This document shows, piece by piece, positions 48,786-58,798 of a stretch of 64,000 nt of DNA. The notes below the pieces were generated by a model, which worked only from the letters and a program-made list of their open reading frames with translations, ran no database searches and was not told the DNA's origin. The stretch's first letter is position 1. Each line of letters starts with the position of its first letter. A program made the position numbers and the translations under genes. The stretch comes from Candidatus Iainarchaeum sp. (GTDB lineage: Archaea; Iainarchaeota; Iainarchaeia; Iainarchaeales; DTGL01), in assembly GCA_026413945.1 (NCBI GenBank), contig JAOAJX010000004.1, positions 1-64,000 of the forward strand. Reading direction: 5' to 3'.

Positions 48786-49523
48786 TTATCTGGCTTTTTT
48801 TATGTCTTGTTTTATCTCTTCTAAGCTCTTCTTTAGCCCATTTTTAGCAAGGTATGAGGAAATATTTTTGATATCTCTCTGAAAGAACTCCATGGCATGT
48901 GGATGCGCAGTCGTAACAGCTTGACCGCAGTCAATTATTACTGGTTTACCTTCAAAGTTAAGAATATTGTATTCTGAAAGATCGCCATGCACAAGCTTTG
49001 CATGGTAAATCATTTTTGCAACCTCTTTTATTATAAATTCGTAAAGGAAATCAAAATCCGTTATTGGATCTTCCTTTAGTGGCATTGCAGCAGCATCATT
49101 TCCAATAAATTCCATCACAAGAACATTTTGGTTAAAAGCATATGGAAGCGGCACTCTGACTCCAGCATCAGCGAGCTTCTCGAGGTTTTTGTACTCCTTC
49201 CTTGCCCAAAGGCAGATTATATCGCGCCTGTCGCTGCTGATATTTTTAAAGCGGGGGTCCCCCTCAATATATTTGCGAAGGTTACGGAAGTTGCTTGTTT
49301 CTATCTTATATATTTTCACTGCCCTTTTTTTGCCAGCTTTGTCAAATGCAAGATATACGTGAGCTTCTTTGCCAGTGCTTATGATATGCTCAAGATGGTC
49401 TATAAAACCCTTTGCCGCAAGTTCGTGGATTGCTGCTACTGTTGTGTAGTCGAAAACCTGTGAGAATGTATTTCGAAGCTTCTCATCTTTTATATAATCC
49501 TCAATTCTTGCTTTTGTTGACAT
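48786..49523 (-). CDS. rio1: Rio1 Ser/Thr kinase
   Basis: STGKEAHVY, VHGDLSEYNIL, IIDCGQAV. Confidence 0.93.
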   Translation of the reverse strand: MSTKARIEDYIKDEKLRNTFSQVFDYTTVAAIHELAAKGFIDHLEHIISTGKEAHVYLAFDKAGKKRAVKIYKIETSNFRNLRKYIEGDPRFKNISSDRRDIICLWARKEYKNLEKLADAGVRVPLPYAFNQNVLVMEFIGNDAAAMPLKEDPITDFDFLYEFIIKEVAKMIYHAKLVHGDLSEYNILNFEGKPVIIDCGQAVTTAHPHAMEFFQRDIKNISSYLAKNGLKKSLEEIKQDIKKAR

Positions 49524-49572
49524 TTATAACAACCAAAATTTCGATCTGAAAAAGTTTGGGGTTTTGGATTTT

Positions 49573-49902
49573 TTAGACTGGCAACCCCTTTAGTAATCCT
49601 TTCTTAGCAAGGTGGTATTTTTCATTATTGGAATACCGCCATTCGATATCCGCCTTGTCCTTTTGGAATTCCCAAAGCTTAACTATTACAAGATCACCCT
49701 CGCGGAGCCATACGCGCTTTTTCATTCTGCCAGGAATCCTGCAATTGCGCTCTTTGCCATCTTGGCACAAAGCCATAACCTTATTTGTGCCCATAAGCTT
49801 GCTTATAACAGCAAATTGCTCCAGTTCATTTGAATTTGGCATACGAAGCTTCTTGAAAATGAATTCTTGCTCTTGTTGATCATCTTGCTCTCTATCGCCC
49901 AT
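49573..49902 (-). CDS. eif1a: Translation initiation factor aIF-1A
   Basis: CRIPGRMKKRVWLREGDLVIV, WEFQ. Confidence 0.94.
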   Translation of the reverse strand: MGDREQDDQQEQEFIFKKLRMPNSNELEQFAVISKLMGTNKVMALCQDGKERNCRIPGRMKKRVWLREGDLVIVKLWEFQKDKADIEWRYSNNEKYHLAKKGLLKGLPV

Positions 49903-49908
49903 ATAATA

Positions 49909-50199
49909 TCACAGCTTATAAATTTGAACATGAGGTATGTTACCTATCTTAACTATATTTCGCTCAGTTATTAAACCTTTTTGAAGGGCAACACGCACTG
50001 CTTTTTCTCCAACAATGTTTATGTTAGTATGGCTTTCAAGAAGCTCAGCAAGCTTTTTCGGGGATATTTCAAACCCCTTATAAAAGGCCTCACTTACATG
50101 AAAATGAAGACCTGAGCTTTCAAATGTCTTGCCAATAAGTTCGTTATCACATACTGCGAGCACAGATCCCGACACGCTTTTATGGATTTTACAGTACAC
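49909..50199 (-). CDS. DUF424 family protein
   Basis: VLAVCD.ELIG, FYKG, NIVG, IPHVQ. Confidence 0.8.
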   Translation of the reverse strand: MYCKIHKSVSGSVLAVCDNELIGKTFESSGLHFHVSEAFYKGFEISPKKLAELLESHTNINIVGEKAVRVALQKGLITERNIVKIGNIPHVQIYKL

Positions 50200-50605
50200 T
50201 TTGCTCCCTCACAGATGCAATTGCACCACAGGCACTGCATTTAAGGCGCTTTACGCCATGTTGCTCTATAAACTTTGTGTCTGGCCTCCCGCATTCGGGG
50301 CATATTACAAATTCTTTTATATAAGCTTCAAGTATGCGTTGAACTTGCTGCTGTGTAAAAATGCCTTTAAGTATCAATCTACCGGAATCGATGCTTGCCG
50401 CTGTTGCAAGCTGCTTGGTCATATATTTGAAAGCGTGGTTTTCTTCCCTGCTTATTGCTTCCATGATCTTTGAAAAATTAGATATAATTGTTTTATTCCC
50501 TTGCACTAAGCTTTGCACAACAGGCATCTCAAAGCGCTCCTTCTTTAATGTCTTTTCCGGCATAGCTTTGTATGCTTCGTCCAGTAACTCATTGTAATCC
50601 ATCAA
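50189..50605 (-). CDS. eif2b: Translation initiation factor aIF-2 beta
   Basis: ERFEMP, GNKTII.NF, CPECGRPDT, CSACGA. Confidence 0.94.
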   Translation of the reverse strand: MMDYNELLDEAYKAMPEKTLKKERFEMPVVQSLVQGNKTIISNFSKIMEAISREENHAFKYMTKQLATAASIDSGRLILKGIFTQQQVQRILEAYIKEFVICPECGRPDTKFIEQHGVKRLKCSACGAIASVREQSVL

Positions 50606-51162
50606 ATCACCTTCTCATCAATATCAAGTTCATCTGCTGGAATAAAATCAGCAAGCATTGGCTCCTTGCCAAATTTCTTTTTATCAGCATCAAGCTTTTT
50701 AAGCCCATCTTTTGCACTCTCTGAACCTAAGCTTTGTTGCATTCCTTTTAAATAACTATTATAAACGAAAAGTATTTCAAGGCGCTTAAGCATTTCCTCA
50801 GAAAAGGAAATCCTTAATGCATTTTCTGCAGCAATAAAAATGCCATTATTGCCTTGTTTCAACTTACCAATGACTTTGACTGAGTCGCCTTCTTTTAGCT
50901 TTTTAATTGAATTCATTTCTAATTCTGTGTCAAAAGCCATTACATCTACTGTGCCAGTAAAGTCGTCTATCTTTAAACTTAAAAATCTCTCATCTTCGTA
51001 GCGTCTCACAACGACACCCCAGACGCTAACCCTTGAAACCTTTAAGCCTGACTTGGTAAGGACATAGCTTGGAACATATTGCTCTTCAACCTTCACGAAA
51101 GTAGCATCTTCGAGCTCTTTCAAAGGAATCCTCATAGCATTTGAGCGCATAAAAAAACCCAA
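50602..51162 (-). CDS. OB-fold protein (RPA32/RPA-associated-like)
   Basis: VSRVSVWGVVV, IDDFTG, VKVIGK. Confidence 0.7.
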   Translation of the reverse strand: MGFFMRSNAMRIPLKELEDATFVKVEEQYVPSYVLTKSGLKVSRVSVWGVVVRRYEDERFLSLKIDDFTGTVDVMAFDTELEMNSIKKLKEGDSVKVIGKLKQGNNGIFIAAENALRISFSEEMLKRLEILFVYNSYLKGMQQSLGSESAKDGLKKLDADKKKFGKEPMLADFIPADELDIDEKVI

Positions 51163-51236
51163 TTTTTGAGTTAAATTTCAACTAAATAAATTTATTAAGG
51201 TAAGGTTATTAACTTTAACATATTGCCGGTGGTTTT

Positions 51237-51857
51237 TTGGAGAAAGATAGGACAAATGAGGCCAAAAAAACTATTTTTTGGGCACTAATTTTCGTTTTTG
51301 CAATAATTGTCGTTTACAAAATTGGCACATATCTAATAGATCACATGTCTGTTGATAATATAAAAAGGGCAATGCATGATTACGGCCTGATAGGGATTTT
51401 TTTTATGGTGCTAATAGGAAACCTTACACTTTTCTTGCCAATGCCAATTGACTTAGCAATTTATGTTTTGGGCAGCTTTGATTTCGGCTTCGGGTTTTTA
51501 AGCCCAGCAATCATTGGAATTGTTGCTGGCTTTGGTGCTGGCATTGGGGAGCTTAGCGGTTATGCTGCAGGCTTTCTTGGACGAAGAAGTGTAAGAAACC
51601 TTGCCAAAGGCGAACATAAGAGATTTGAGAGAGTTTACCATGAAATAAAAAAGCATGGTTTGTGGTTCATAATTATTGCTTCATTCACCCCCTTTCCATT
51701 CGACTTAGTTGGTATAGCTGCTGGAATTGTCAAATATGATTTGAAAAAATTCCTTCTTGGCGCAATCATTGGCAAAATACTTAGATGTGCTTTAATAGCT
51801 TACGCTGGTTACTTTTCCTTGTCATTCATCGCAAAATTATTCGGTGTAGGTCTTTGA
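51237..51857 (+). CDS. DedA/VTT-domain membrane protein
   Basis: GAGIGELSGY..G..G, P.PFDLVGIAAG, GKILR. Confidence 0.85.
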   Translation: MEKDRTNEAKKTIFWALIFVFAIIVVYKIGTYLIDHMSVDNIKRAMHDYGLIGIFFMVLIGNLTLFLPMPIDLAIYVLGSFDFGFGFLSPAIIGIVAGFGAGIGELSGYAAGFLGRRSVRNLAKGEHKRFERVYHEIKKHGLWFIIIASFTPFPFDLVGIAAGIVKYDLKKFLLGAIIGKILRCALIAYAGYFSLSFIAKLFGVGL

Positions 51858-51918
51858 TTTTGTTCGTTTTTACATAAACAAATAAAATTTAAAACCATTC
51901 AAGGCAATATTTTTAGGT

Positions 51919-52065
51919 GCCGGGATGGCAGAGCGGCCCAATGCGCCAGCTTGGAGTTCTCCAAATTCTTTCTTTTTATAAAAGAAAGAAAATTTTTAAT
52001 CACGAAGATAAGACCAATGAGCTGGTGTGCGCAAGCACTCGTGGGTTCAAATCCCACTCCCGGCG
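51919..52065 (+). tRNA. tRNA-Ser(GGA) with 63-nt intron (51957-52019)
   Basis: GCCGGGA/TCCCGGC acceptor stem, CCAGC-TTGGAG|intron|A-GCTGG, long variable arm, BHB helix TTGG/CCAA. Confidence 0.9.
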
Positions 52066-52101
52066 ATAATTTTTCTATTTGCTTCTTGCAAATGCGAAAA
52101 G

Positions 52102-52923
52102 TCAAATTAGCGGAAGGCCTCCAAAAACCATGCCTAGCCATGCTGCAAGCATGAATAAGCCTTGCAGGGGTAAAGCCGGAAGGGCTTGCTTCTTCTTAAA
52201 TAGGTAACAAAAAGTCAGTGAAAGGCCAAGCAACGACGCTATAAAAATAACGAAGACTGGGATAAAATAATACGGTGCAACATATGCTGCCTTTGCCTTT
52301 CTGAGTACTGCTGTCGAAAACACTAAAGGCAGAACAAGGTCACCAGTGCCGAGCTGATAAATTTTTTCCTTTGATGGTAAGCTAAATGTAAAGGCAGTAT
52401 TATCCCTTGCGATGGCCTCAGCCATTTTAACCATGTGCTTTGTCTTGAAAACCGCAATGTAATCATAGACGCATAAGGCTGCAAGCAAAAACACAATAGG
52501 CAAAACACCCAAGCTAACACCAATAAGCGCACCCACAACTGCTGTTGAGATTAAACTTGAAGTATTCTTTATGATAATATTCTCCTTGAAGAGAACCCTC
52601 ACTGCAACTATTACTAGTGGAAAAAGCAGCACCACTTCAGGAAGAAAAATTTCAAAAAGTATTATAGATGTCAAAAGAAGTGAAAAGATCTCAAATAGCA
52701 TTGTCACGCCGCGCACTTTGATAAAAGATATTATAATAATGAAGATTAGCGTAAAAAAAAGCATATACAATAGCAATGCCAATGCATTTGAAACATCATC
52801 GGGGTTATCAGTCAATATTTTTGCCCTAACATTTTCCTTTATGAAAAAGTCTGCTATGGAAAGCCCGATCAATTGCACCATCAAGAAAAAGAATATCAGA
52901 AGCAGAACAACGCCCTTGTGCAT
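52102..52923 (-). CDS. Presenilin/signal-peptide-peptidase-family intramembrane aspartyl protease
   Basis: YDYIAVFKTKHM, LGTGD, PALP. Confidence 0.92.
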   Translation of the reverse strand: MHKGVVLLLIFFFLMVQLIGLSIADFFIKENVRAKILTDNPDDVSNALALLLYMLFFTLIFIIIISFIKVRGVTMLFEIFSLLLTSIILFEIFLPEVVLLFPLVIVAVRVLFKENIIIKNTSSLISTAVVGALIGVSLGVLPIVFLLAALCVYDYIAVFKTKHMVKMAEAIARDNTAFTFSLPSKEKIYQLGTGDLVLPLVFSTAVLRKAKAAYVAPYYFIPVFVIFIASLLGLSLTFCYLFKKKQALPALPLQGLFMLAAWLGMVFGGLPLI

Positions 52924-52958
52924 ATTTTTATAAAGAACTTAAGTGTTTTTTAAAATAT

Positions 52959-53315
52959 ATGGCAAGAAAAAAGCCAGAAAACCTTAAAACAAAAAGGGAG
53001 AGGAAAAGATATGTGTTGTTCACTTTAGAAGGACACAAGAGTGAAAGCAATTTTGCTTTATTCGGCCACATAAAAAGCTTTATAAGACAAAAAATGGGGG
53101 AGAAATTTCTTCAAAAGGCATCGTTAAAACTTATTGAGTTTGATGGCAAGTTTGGCATATTACAGTGTGAGCGCTCTTCAAAAGATGCGATTGTAGAAAC
53201 ACTAAGAAAAAATTCTGAAAGAGCGGGCAAAGTTGCTATAAGAACTCTTTCAGCAAGCGGCACCTTAAAAGCATTAAGAAAAAGAAAGAATATATTTAAA
53301 TTAGGGAAAAAATAA
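52959..53315 (+). CDS. rnp2: RNase P protein Pop5/Rpp14
   Basis: RERKRYVLF, GILQC, SGTLK. Confidence 0.85.
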   Translation: MARKKPENLKTKRERKRYVLFTLEGHKSESNFALFGHIKSFIRQKMGEKFLQKASLKLIEFDGKFGILQCERSSKDAIVETLRKNSERAGKVAIRTLSASGTLKALRKRKNIFKLGKK

Positions 53316-53319
53316 TGCA

Positions 53320-55746
53320 TTAACCATCTTTCTCAGTTCCAGCTCTTTTTGCAATAAACAAAACAATTAGCAGCATTATTAGAATTGCTATTGGGTTAAT
53401 TTCAGGTGTTTTTACTTCTGGTAACTCAGGCGAAACATAAAAAGATGTGGAGCGCTTGCACTCAAGGGCGTCACAGCCCATGATCTCTGCCGTAATAGTG
53501 TATCTGCCCGGTTCAACAAGAGGCCCTATAGTAGATGTTGTATTGCAGGGAAACCCTGAAAGCTTTATTCTGTTATTCTCTGTGCCAAATTCAATGGAAA
53601 TAGTGTCAGATGAAACACATTTTGTTGAAATGCTTGCTAAGCCATATAAATGCGTATCCTTAACATGCAAACCGGTTATTCCTTTTGCTTCAGTTACATT
53701 TACCTCTGCAGAGCCAAGTGCAAAAAAGCCCAATTGGTTTGAGGCTAAAACTCTTGCTAAATATGTTCCTTTGCTTCGATAAGCATGAAACAACTCATGG
53801 TCACCGCTTCTTGTAATACCATCGCCAAAATCCCACTCATAATTTGTAAAAAAATTCTTATCATCAGTTTTTGATGCAATAAACAGCACAATTAAAGGTT
53901 CCATGCCGTTGTCTGGATTCGCAATTAGACGCAATGTTTCAATTTCTTTGCCAACCAAAATCTTTTTCATTGAAATGGCTGACATTTTTTGTTTTGTCCC
54001 ATCTTTGCCGTTGTCAGAAACAATTAGGGTTACAGTATAAACCATATATTTTGAGCTAATATCTGAATATGTGTGAGTTACTTTTTTCCCTGAAGCTTTT
54101 GAACCATCGCCAAAGTCCCAAGAATAAGAAGTTATAAAATCACCGGCATCAGGGTCTGATGAGCATGAAGCATCAAAAGTGAACTCAGTTATGCTGGGAA
54201 GACCTTTTAAAGGAGAAACCTCAAAGCATGCTATTGGCGGCATATTCTCCGATATTGGATCTTGCTGTTGACCAGTTGCCTTTCTCTTCACAGCATTTAT
54301 TATCGCATAATCGTAATCACACAAGCTAGCACTATCGCAAGCTTTAAGCTTTACAGTTTTACTGCCAAGGGTTGCATGAATCGTTATTTTTGCCCAATCA
54401 TAATAATCAGCACCAATTTCCCATTCGCACCTTGAAATATTGCCATCTGGGTCTATGCTATCTAAGCATGAGAGCTCAACTCTGTCATTTTCAAAGACAT
54501 TGATTGTTTTGTTTGCTTCTTCCAAGTATGGTTGTGAAGTTATCACGGCTTTTGGAAGACAATTTGGTAAGCCTGCTTGTTCGAAGCAGCCAAAGCTACA
54601 ATACGTTGATAAACCACAATCTTCTTCTGTATTAGTAGTTGAGCAATATGCTCCGGTAACTATTGAATCTACACAGACTCCAGCCCTTGTGCTTCTATAA
54701 GTTTTTTTGTAGGTAGGCGCAGTTGTTATCTGGAGGCATTTTTGGATATTGCACTGACCCATGTAAGAGTACCTCGAGCAATCATCACTCTCATAAAGAG
54801 GACCATTGCAAGTATCATAAAGCCAAACTGAATTTTCTCGGCACTTTTTTTCTTCTTGGCATCTTGCACAATGACAGCCATCACAATGATAACCAGCTGA
54901 GCAATCAGAATCATATTGGCAGTCACAAGGTCTTCTTGTTGGGGTTTGACTCGGTGTGATCGTTGGTGTAACTGTGGGCGTAATTGATGTTATTGGGCCT
55001 TGGCATCTGGAATCCTCACATCTTGCAAATGAATAGCAATAGATTTCCTCTGCACAGTCATGGCCGCTTTCCGGATCTCTTATAACTCTTGTGCAAACAT
55101 AGCTGCCTGTGCATTTTACAGCATCCAAGCATTGGCATTTGGATTGATTGGCAATAACACATTCTGTTTCGCTTTTGTAGTAAGAAGAATTATTTCTTTG
55201 GCAGTCATCTTGCCCTGGCGAACAAGCTGAATTGGTGCAACCATTAAATTTAAAGCAGTTCAAACCAGCAACGCTAACAGAACTACAATTCACAGCGGCT
55301 ACGCAATTGCATTGATTGCTGTTTGCGTTTACGCAATCAACATTTGTGGAGTAATATCCTTGCTCTGAACAGGAAGCTATTTGGGAGCAAGAGGTGCATT
55401 GGCCATTTATACAGCAACGCCCATCACCACATTGAGAATCGGAAGTGCATGAAGTTGGGGCACATGGATCACAGACACAAGCAAAGCAGCACCAATCTCC
55501 ACAATCACTATGACTTTGGCATTCGCAATTATCTGGTGGCTTTGGTGAGTCGGCTGGTGGCACAGGCGACTCAGAAGGTGGCTCTCCACCACCATTGCCA
55601 TTGTCGATAATTCTACTCGAAGATAAGGTTGCAAAAAGCAGTATTGAGATAACAAAACAAATAAAAGCCAGCAGGAATATTTTTGTCTTACTCCAAAACT
55701 TAAAATTATGCCGGCAAAATATATTGCACAGAATCATATTTTTCAA
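53320..55746 (-). CDS. Cys-rich, PKD-domain cell-surface protein with C-terminal PE-containing membrane anchor
   Basis: N-terminal TM helix, C..DSDC repeats, PKD motifs SDPD..I.SYSWDFGDG and YEWDFGDG, C-terminal TPEINP-TM-KR. Confidence 0.8.
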   Translation of the reverse strand: MKNMILCNIFCRHNFKFWSKTKIFLLAFICFVISILLFATLSSSRIIDNGNGGGEPPSESPVPPADSPKPPDNCECQSHSDCGDWCCFACVCDPCAPTSCTSDSQCGDGRCCINGQCTSCSQIASCSEQGYYSTNVDCVNANSNQCNCVAAVNCSSVSVAGLNCFKFNGCTNSACSPGQDDCQRNNSSYYKSETECVIANQSKCQCLDAVKCTGSYVCTRVIRDPESGHDCAEEIYCYSFARCEDSRCQGPITSITPTVTPTITPSQTPTRRPCDCQYDSDCSAGYHCDGCHCARCQEEKKCRENSVWLYDTCNGPLYESDDCSRYSYMGQCNIQKCLQITTAPTYKKTYRSTRAGVCVDSIVTGAYCSTTNTEEDCGLSTYCSFGCFEQAGLPNCLPKAVITSQPYLEEANKTINVFENDRVELSCLDSIDPDGNISRCEWEIGADYYDWAKITIHATLGSKTVKLKACDSASLCDYDYAIINAVKRKATGQQQDPISENMPPIACFEVSPLKGLPSITEFTFDASCSSDPDAGDFITSYSWDFGDGSKASGKKVTHTYSDISSKYMVYTVTLIVSDNGKDGTKQKMSAISMKKILVGKEIETLRLIANPDNGMEPLIVLFIASKTDDKNFFTNYEWDFGDGITRSGDHELFHAYRSKGTYLARVLASNQLGFFALGSAEVNVTEAKGITGLHVKDTHLYGLASISTKCVSSDTISIEFGTENNRIKLSGFPCNTTSTIGPLVEPGRYTITAEIMGCDALECKRSTSFYVSPELPEVKTPEINPIAILIMLLIVLFIAKRAGTEKDG

Positions 55747-55794
55747 ACTAAATAGAACACAAAAAAATAAAAAAAGGGATGATGTAATTTAGAT

Positions 55795-56562
55795 ATGCTT
55801 TTGGATAAATTCAGGGGGTTTCTTGGGAGAAAGAAAATAAAGTTAGCAATTTTTTTCATATTGGTTTTTACAGGTTCGCTTTTTTTAGGGGCTTTTTTGA
55901 TAAAGCCACAAAACAATGTTAAAATAACAATTAAGGCATCTCAGCTTGAAGAGCATAGACTTTTCTTTTTACCATCTGGGAATTTGGAGCTTGAACTCAA
56001 TAACGACACCGCAAAGAAATGCATATTCATAATGTTCCCATACATGAACGCTGGAAACATGAAGTCACACTTTGTTAAGCTTGTTGAGCCAAGTGAATCC
56101 TTTCCTTTCACAAAAGAGATAAAAGAAAATGAAGCTTATGCAATTAAATGTGCTTTGGAGAATGTAAACTTTGAATGGAAAGATCTGCCTGTTTTAATAG
56201 TGGGAAGTAAAAGTGACTATATTGTGCATGCAAAAATAACCAATGGCAAGATCGTTGATTTCGAGACTGGTGCCAAGATTTCAGAAGTCATTGTGAGCCC
56301 AAAAACAAGGGTGTGGTTCATTGTAAAGAATACTGACCAAAACTATTGGTCTTTTGACATAATAACTGAAAAGGAGAGAGTTGCCAAAGAAGGCGAACTC
56401 ATCAAATTTTATACTGAAAGGTATTGGCCGCCGCTAAAGCAAAACCAGGTTGTTGTAATTGGTCCAACATCTTTCAAGGCAGGAACATATAAGGGCGGGT
56501 TACATGACCATTACTGTAAAGATTGTCCAACACAATCAGAGTTTCGTATTAAGTCTGATTAG
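55795..56562 (+). CDS. Membrane-anchored hypothetical protein (possibly cupredoxin-like beta domain)
   Basis: N-terminal TM helix; C-terminal AGTY..HDHYCKDC. Confidence 0.55.
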   Translation: MLLDKFRGFLGRKKIKLAIFFILVFTGSLFLGAFLIKPQNNVKITIKASQLEEHRLFFLPSGNLELELNNDTAKKCIFIMFPYMNAGNMKSHFVKLVEPSESFPFTKEIKENEAYAIKCALENVNFEWKDLPVLIVGSKSDYIVHAKITNGKIVDFETGAKISEVIVSPKTRVWFIVKNTDQNYWSFDIITEKERVAKEGELIKFYTERYWPPLKQNQVVVIGPTSFKAGTYKGGLHDHYCKDCPTQSEFRIKSD

Positions 56563-56687
56563 AAAAAACAGGGTTTTTTAGAAAGATTGGTGTTTAAACC
56601 ACCTTGGAAAACATTTAAATTATTATCATATATAAATTCTTCAGTTGGGGCAACTTTTTATGTTTAAAATTCTTGTCTTAAAACGAG

Positions 56688-57425
56688 GTGAAATCAATGT
56701 ATATGGATGAAGGAGCTAAAATGGCTTCAGCATATGATCGCGCAGCAACAATGTTTTCGCCAAAAGGGCGCCTTTATCAGGTAGAATATGCTTCAAAGAT
56801 AGTTGAGCAAGGAACTCTTGGCATAGGCCTTGTCTATGCAAACGGCGTCCTGTTTGGCGCTGAAAAGGCTATAACAAGCAATCTTATGATACCTGAATCA
56901 GTTGAAAAGCTTTTCAAAATAGATGACCACATAGGTGCAATAAGTGCTGGCCTTGTTGGGGATGCGAGGCGCCTTATAAAAATAGCCAGAGAGCTTGCTC
57001 AAGAGAACATGATTTATTATGATGAGCTCATTGATGTTGAATATCTTGCAAAAGAGATAAGCTCAATAAAGCAAGTTTTTACACAGTATGCTGGCATGAG
57101 ACCTTTTGGCATAAGTTTTATAATTGGCGGCATTAACAATGGCAATAAGCGCATATTTGAGACCGAACCATCTGGTGCGTTGGCTGAATACAAGGCAACA
57201 GCAATAGGTAGAAACAAAAAGAAGGCAATGGATTTTATGGAAAAGAAGTATAACGAAAAAATGAATCTTGAAGAAGGAATAAAGTTGATAACAAACACGA
57301 TAAAGCAAACAAAAGAGAAAAACGAAACATTTGAAATAAACAGCTTGGAGTTTGCATATATTGAGGAAGGCAAACCATTCACAAAATTGAGCGCAAAGGA
57401 GCTTAAGGCAATAATTTCGAAGTAA
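56688..57425 (+). CDS. psmA: Proteasome subunit alpha
   Basis: YDRAATMFSPKGRLYQVEYA, GLVGDAR, RPFG. Confidence 0.96.
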   Translation: MKSMYMDEGAKMASAYDRAATMFSPKGRLYQVEYASKIVEQGTLGIGLVYANGVLFGAEKAITSNLMIPESVEKLFKIDDHIGAISAGLVGDARRLIKIARELAQENMIYYDELIDVEYLAKEISSIKQVFTQYAGMRPFGISFIIGGINNGNKRIFETEPSGALAEYKATAIGRNKKKAMDFMEKKYNEKMNLEEGIKLITNTIKQTKEKNETFEINSLEFAYIEEGKPFTKLSAKELKAIISK

Positions 57426-57453
57426 TTGCCTGTAATTTCAGGCGTGGTTTTTA

Positions 57454-58155
57454 ATGGTCAAAATTGAGAATGCGGTAGTGGCACGTTATAGTTATAAGGG
57501 AGAAAAGTTCGAGATACTTGTTGATCCAAACTTAGCCATGGAAGTTAAAAAAGGTAAAAAAGTAAATACAGATGAGTTGCTTGCAATTGATGAGGTTTTT
57601 AAAGATGCTGCAAGAGGCGAGAGACAATCAGAACATGCTGTAAAAGACGCATTTGGCACAGATGATATTTCAGAAATTGCTAGTAAGATAATAACGAGGG
57701 GGGAAATTCAACTTACCACAGAGCAGAGAAGAGAGTTGAGAGAGAGAAAAAAGAACGAGATAATACAAATAATATGCAAAAATGCTTATAATCCACAAAC
57801 AAATGCACAGCATCCCCCTGCAAGAATTGAAACCGCGATTAATGAATTAAAAATAAGTATAAATGAGTTTGAGCCAGCAGATGAACAGGCAACAAAAATA
57901 ATAAAGCAACTGAGCAAAGTTCTGCCCATATCAGTTGAAAAATTTGAGATTGCAATAAAAGTGCCTGCCGGCTATGCTGGCCGCGCAAGTCCAATAATAT
58001 ATAGCTATGAAATAAAAAAACAAGAATGGCAGAAGGATGGATCACTCATAGCAGTTCTTGACGTTCCAGCTGGAATGAAAGCAGAATTGATAGACAAAAT
58101 AAGCAAACTAACCCAGGGAGAAGCGCAGATAAAAATTTTGAATAAGGAGGCATAA
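57454..58155 (+). CDS. Ribosome maturation factor SBDS/SDO1
   Basis: FEILVDP, GEIQLTTEQR, HPPARIE. Confidence 0.93.
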   Translation: MVKIENAVVARYSYKGEKFEILVDPNLAMEVKKGKKVNTDELLAIDEVFKDAARGERQSEHAVKDAFGTDDISEIASKIITRGEIQLTTEQRRELRERKKNEIIQIICKNAYNPQTNAQHPPARIETAINELKISINEFEPADEQATKIIKQLSKVLPISVEKFEIAIKVPAGYAGRASPIIYSYEIKKQEWQKDGSLIAVLDVPAGMKAELIDKISKLTQGEAQIKILNKEA

Positions 58156-58164
58156 GGAGGCATC

Positions 58165-58794
58165 TTGATGGAATATAAAGTTGTTGTGCCTGGTGAGCTC
58201 ATAAGCGAATCTAGGTTAAAACTTGGGCAGCACGTTTTTATTGAAAATGGCAAGATATATGCAGAAACTGTTGGAATTGCAAGAACAGATAAAGGCATAG
58301 CGAGGGTTGTGGCTCTTCAAGGCAGATACATCCCAAAAATTGGAGATTTAGTAATCGGCGTTGTTGTATCAGAAGAATACTCAGTCTATGCTGTAGATGT
58401 GAATTCGTTTTATTATTCTTTCATTCCAAAAGAAGAGATCAGGGTTTTATTAAGGAAAGGGAACATAATAAGTGCCAAAGTTTCAAAGATAAATGAGATT
58501 AATGAAATATCGCTCACTAATGTTAGGGTCCTTTATGGTGGTGAAATCCTGCTTGTAGAACCAACTAAAGTCCCGAGAATCATAGGCAAAAACGCCAGCA
58601 TGATAAAGCTTCTTCAGAATAGTACTAGATGCTCAATAATTGTTGGGATGAATGGCATATTATGGGCAAAAGGGACAGAGCAAGGAATTGAGCTTCTCAA
58701 GAAAGCTCTTGACAAAATAGAGCGTGAATCGCATTTAGGCAACCTCACGCTTAAAATACAAAAGATGTTAAGCGAAAAACCATCATCTGAATAG
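58165..58794 (+). CDS. rrp4: Exosome RNA-binding subunit Rrp4
   Basis: VVPGE, YIPKIGDLVIG, KVPRIIGK..SMI. Confidence 0.93.
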   Translation: MMEYKVVVPGELISESRLKLGQHVFIENGKIYAETVGIARTDKGIARVVALQGRYIPKIGDLVIGVVVSEEYSVYAVDVNSFYYSFIPKEEIRVLLRKGNIISAKVSKINEINEISLTNVRVLYGGEILLVEPTKVPRIIGKNASMIKLLQNSTRCSIIVGMNGILWAKGTEQGIELLKKALDKIERESHLGNLTLKIQKMLSEKPSSE

Positions 58795-58798
58795 AGGT

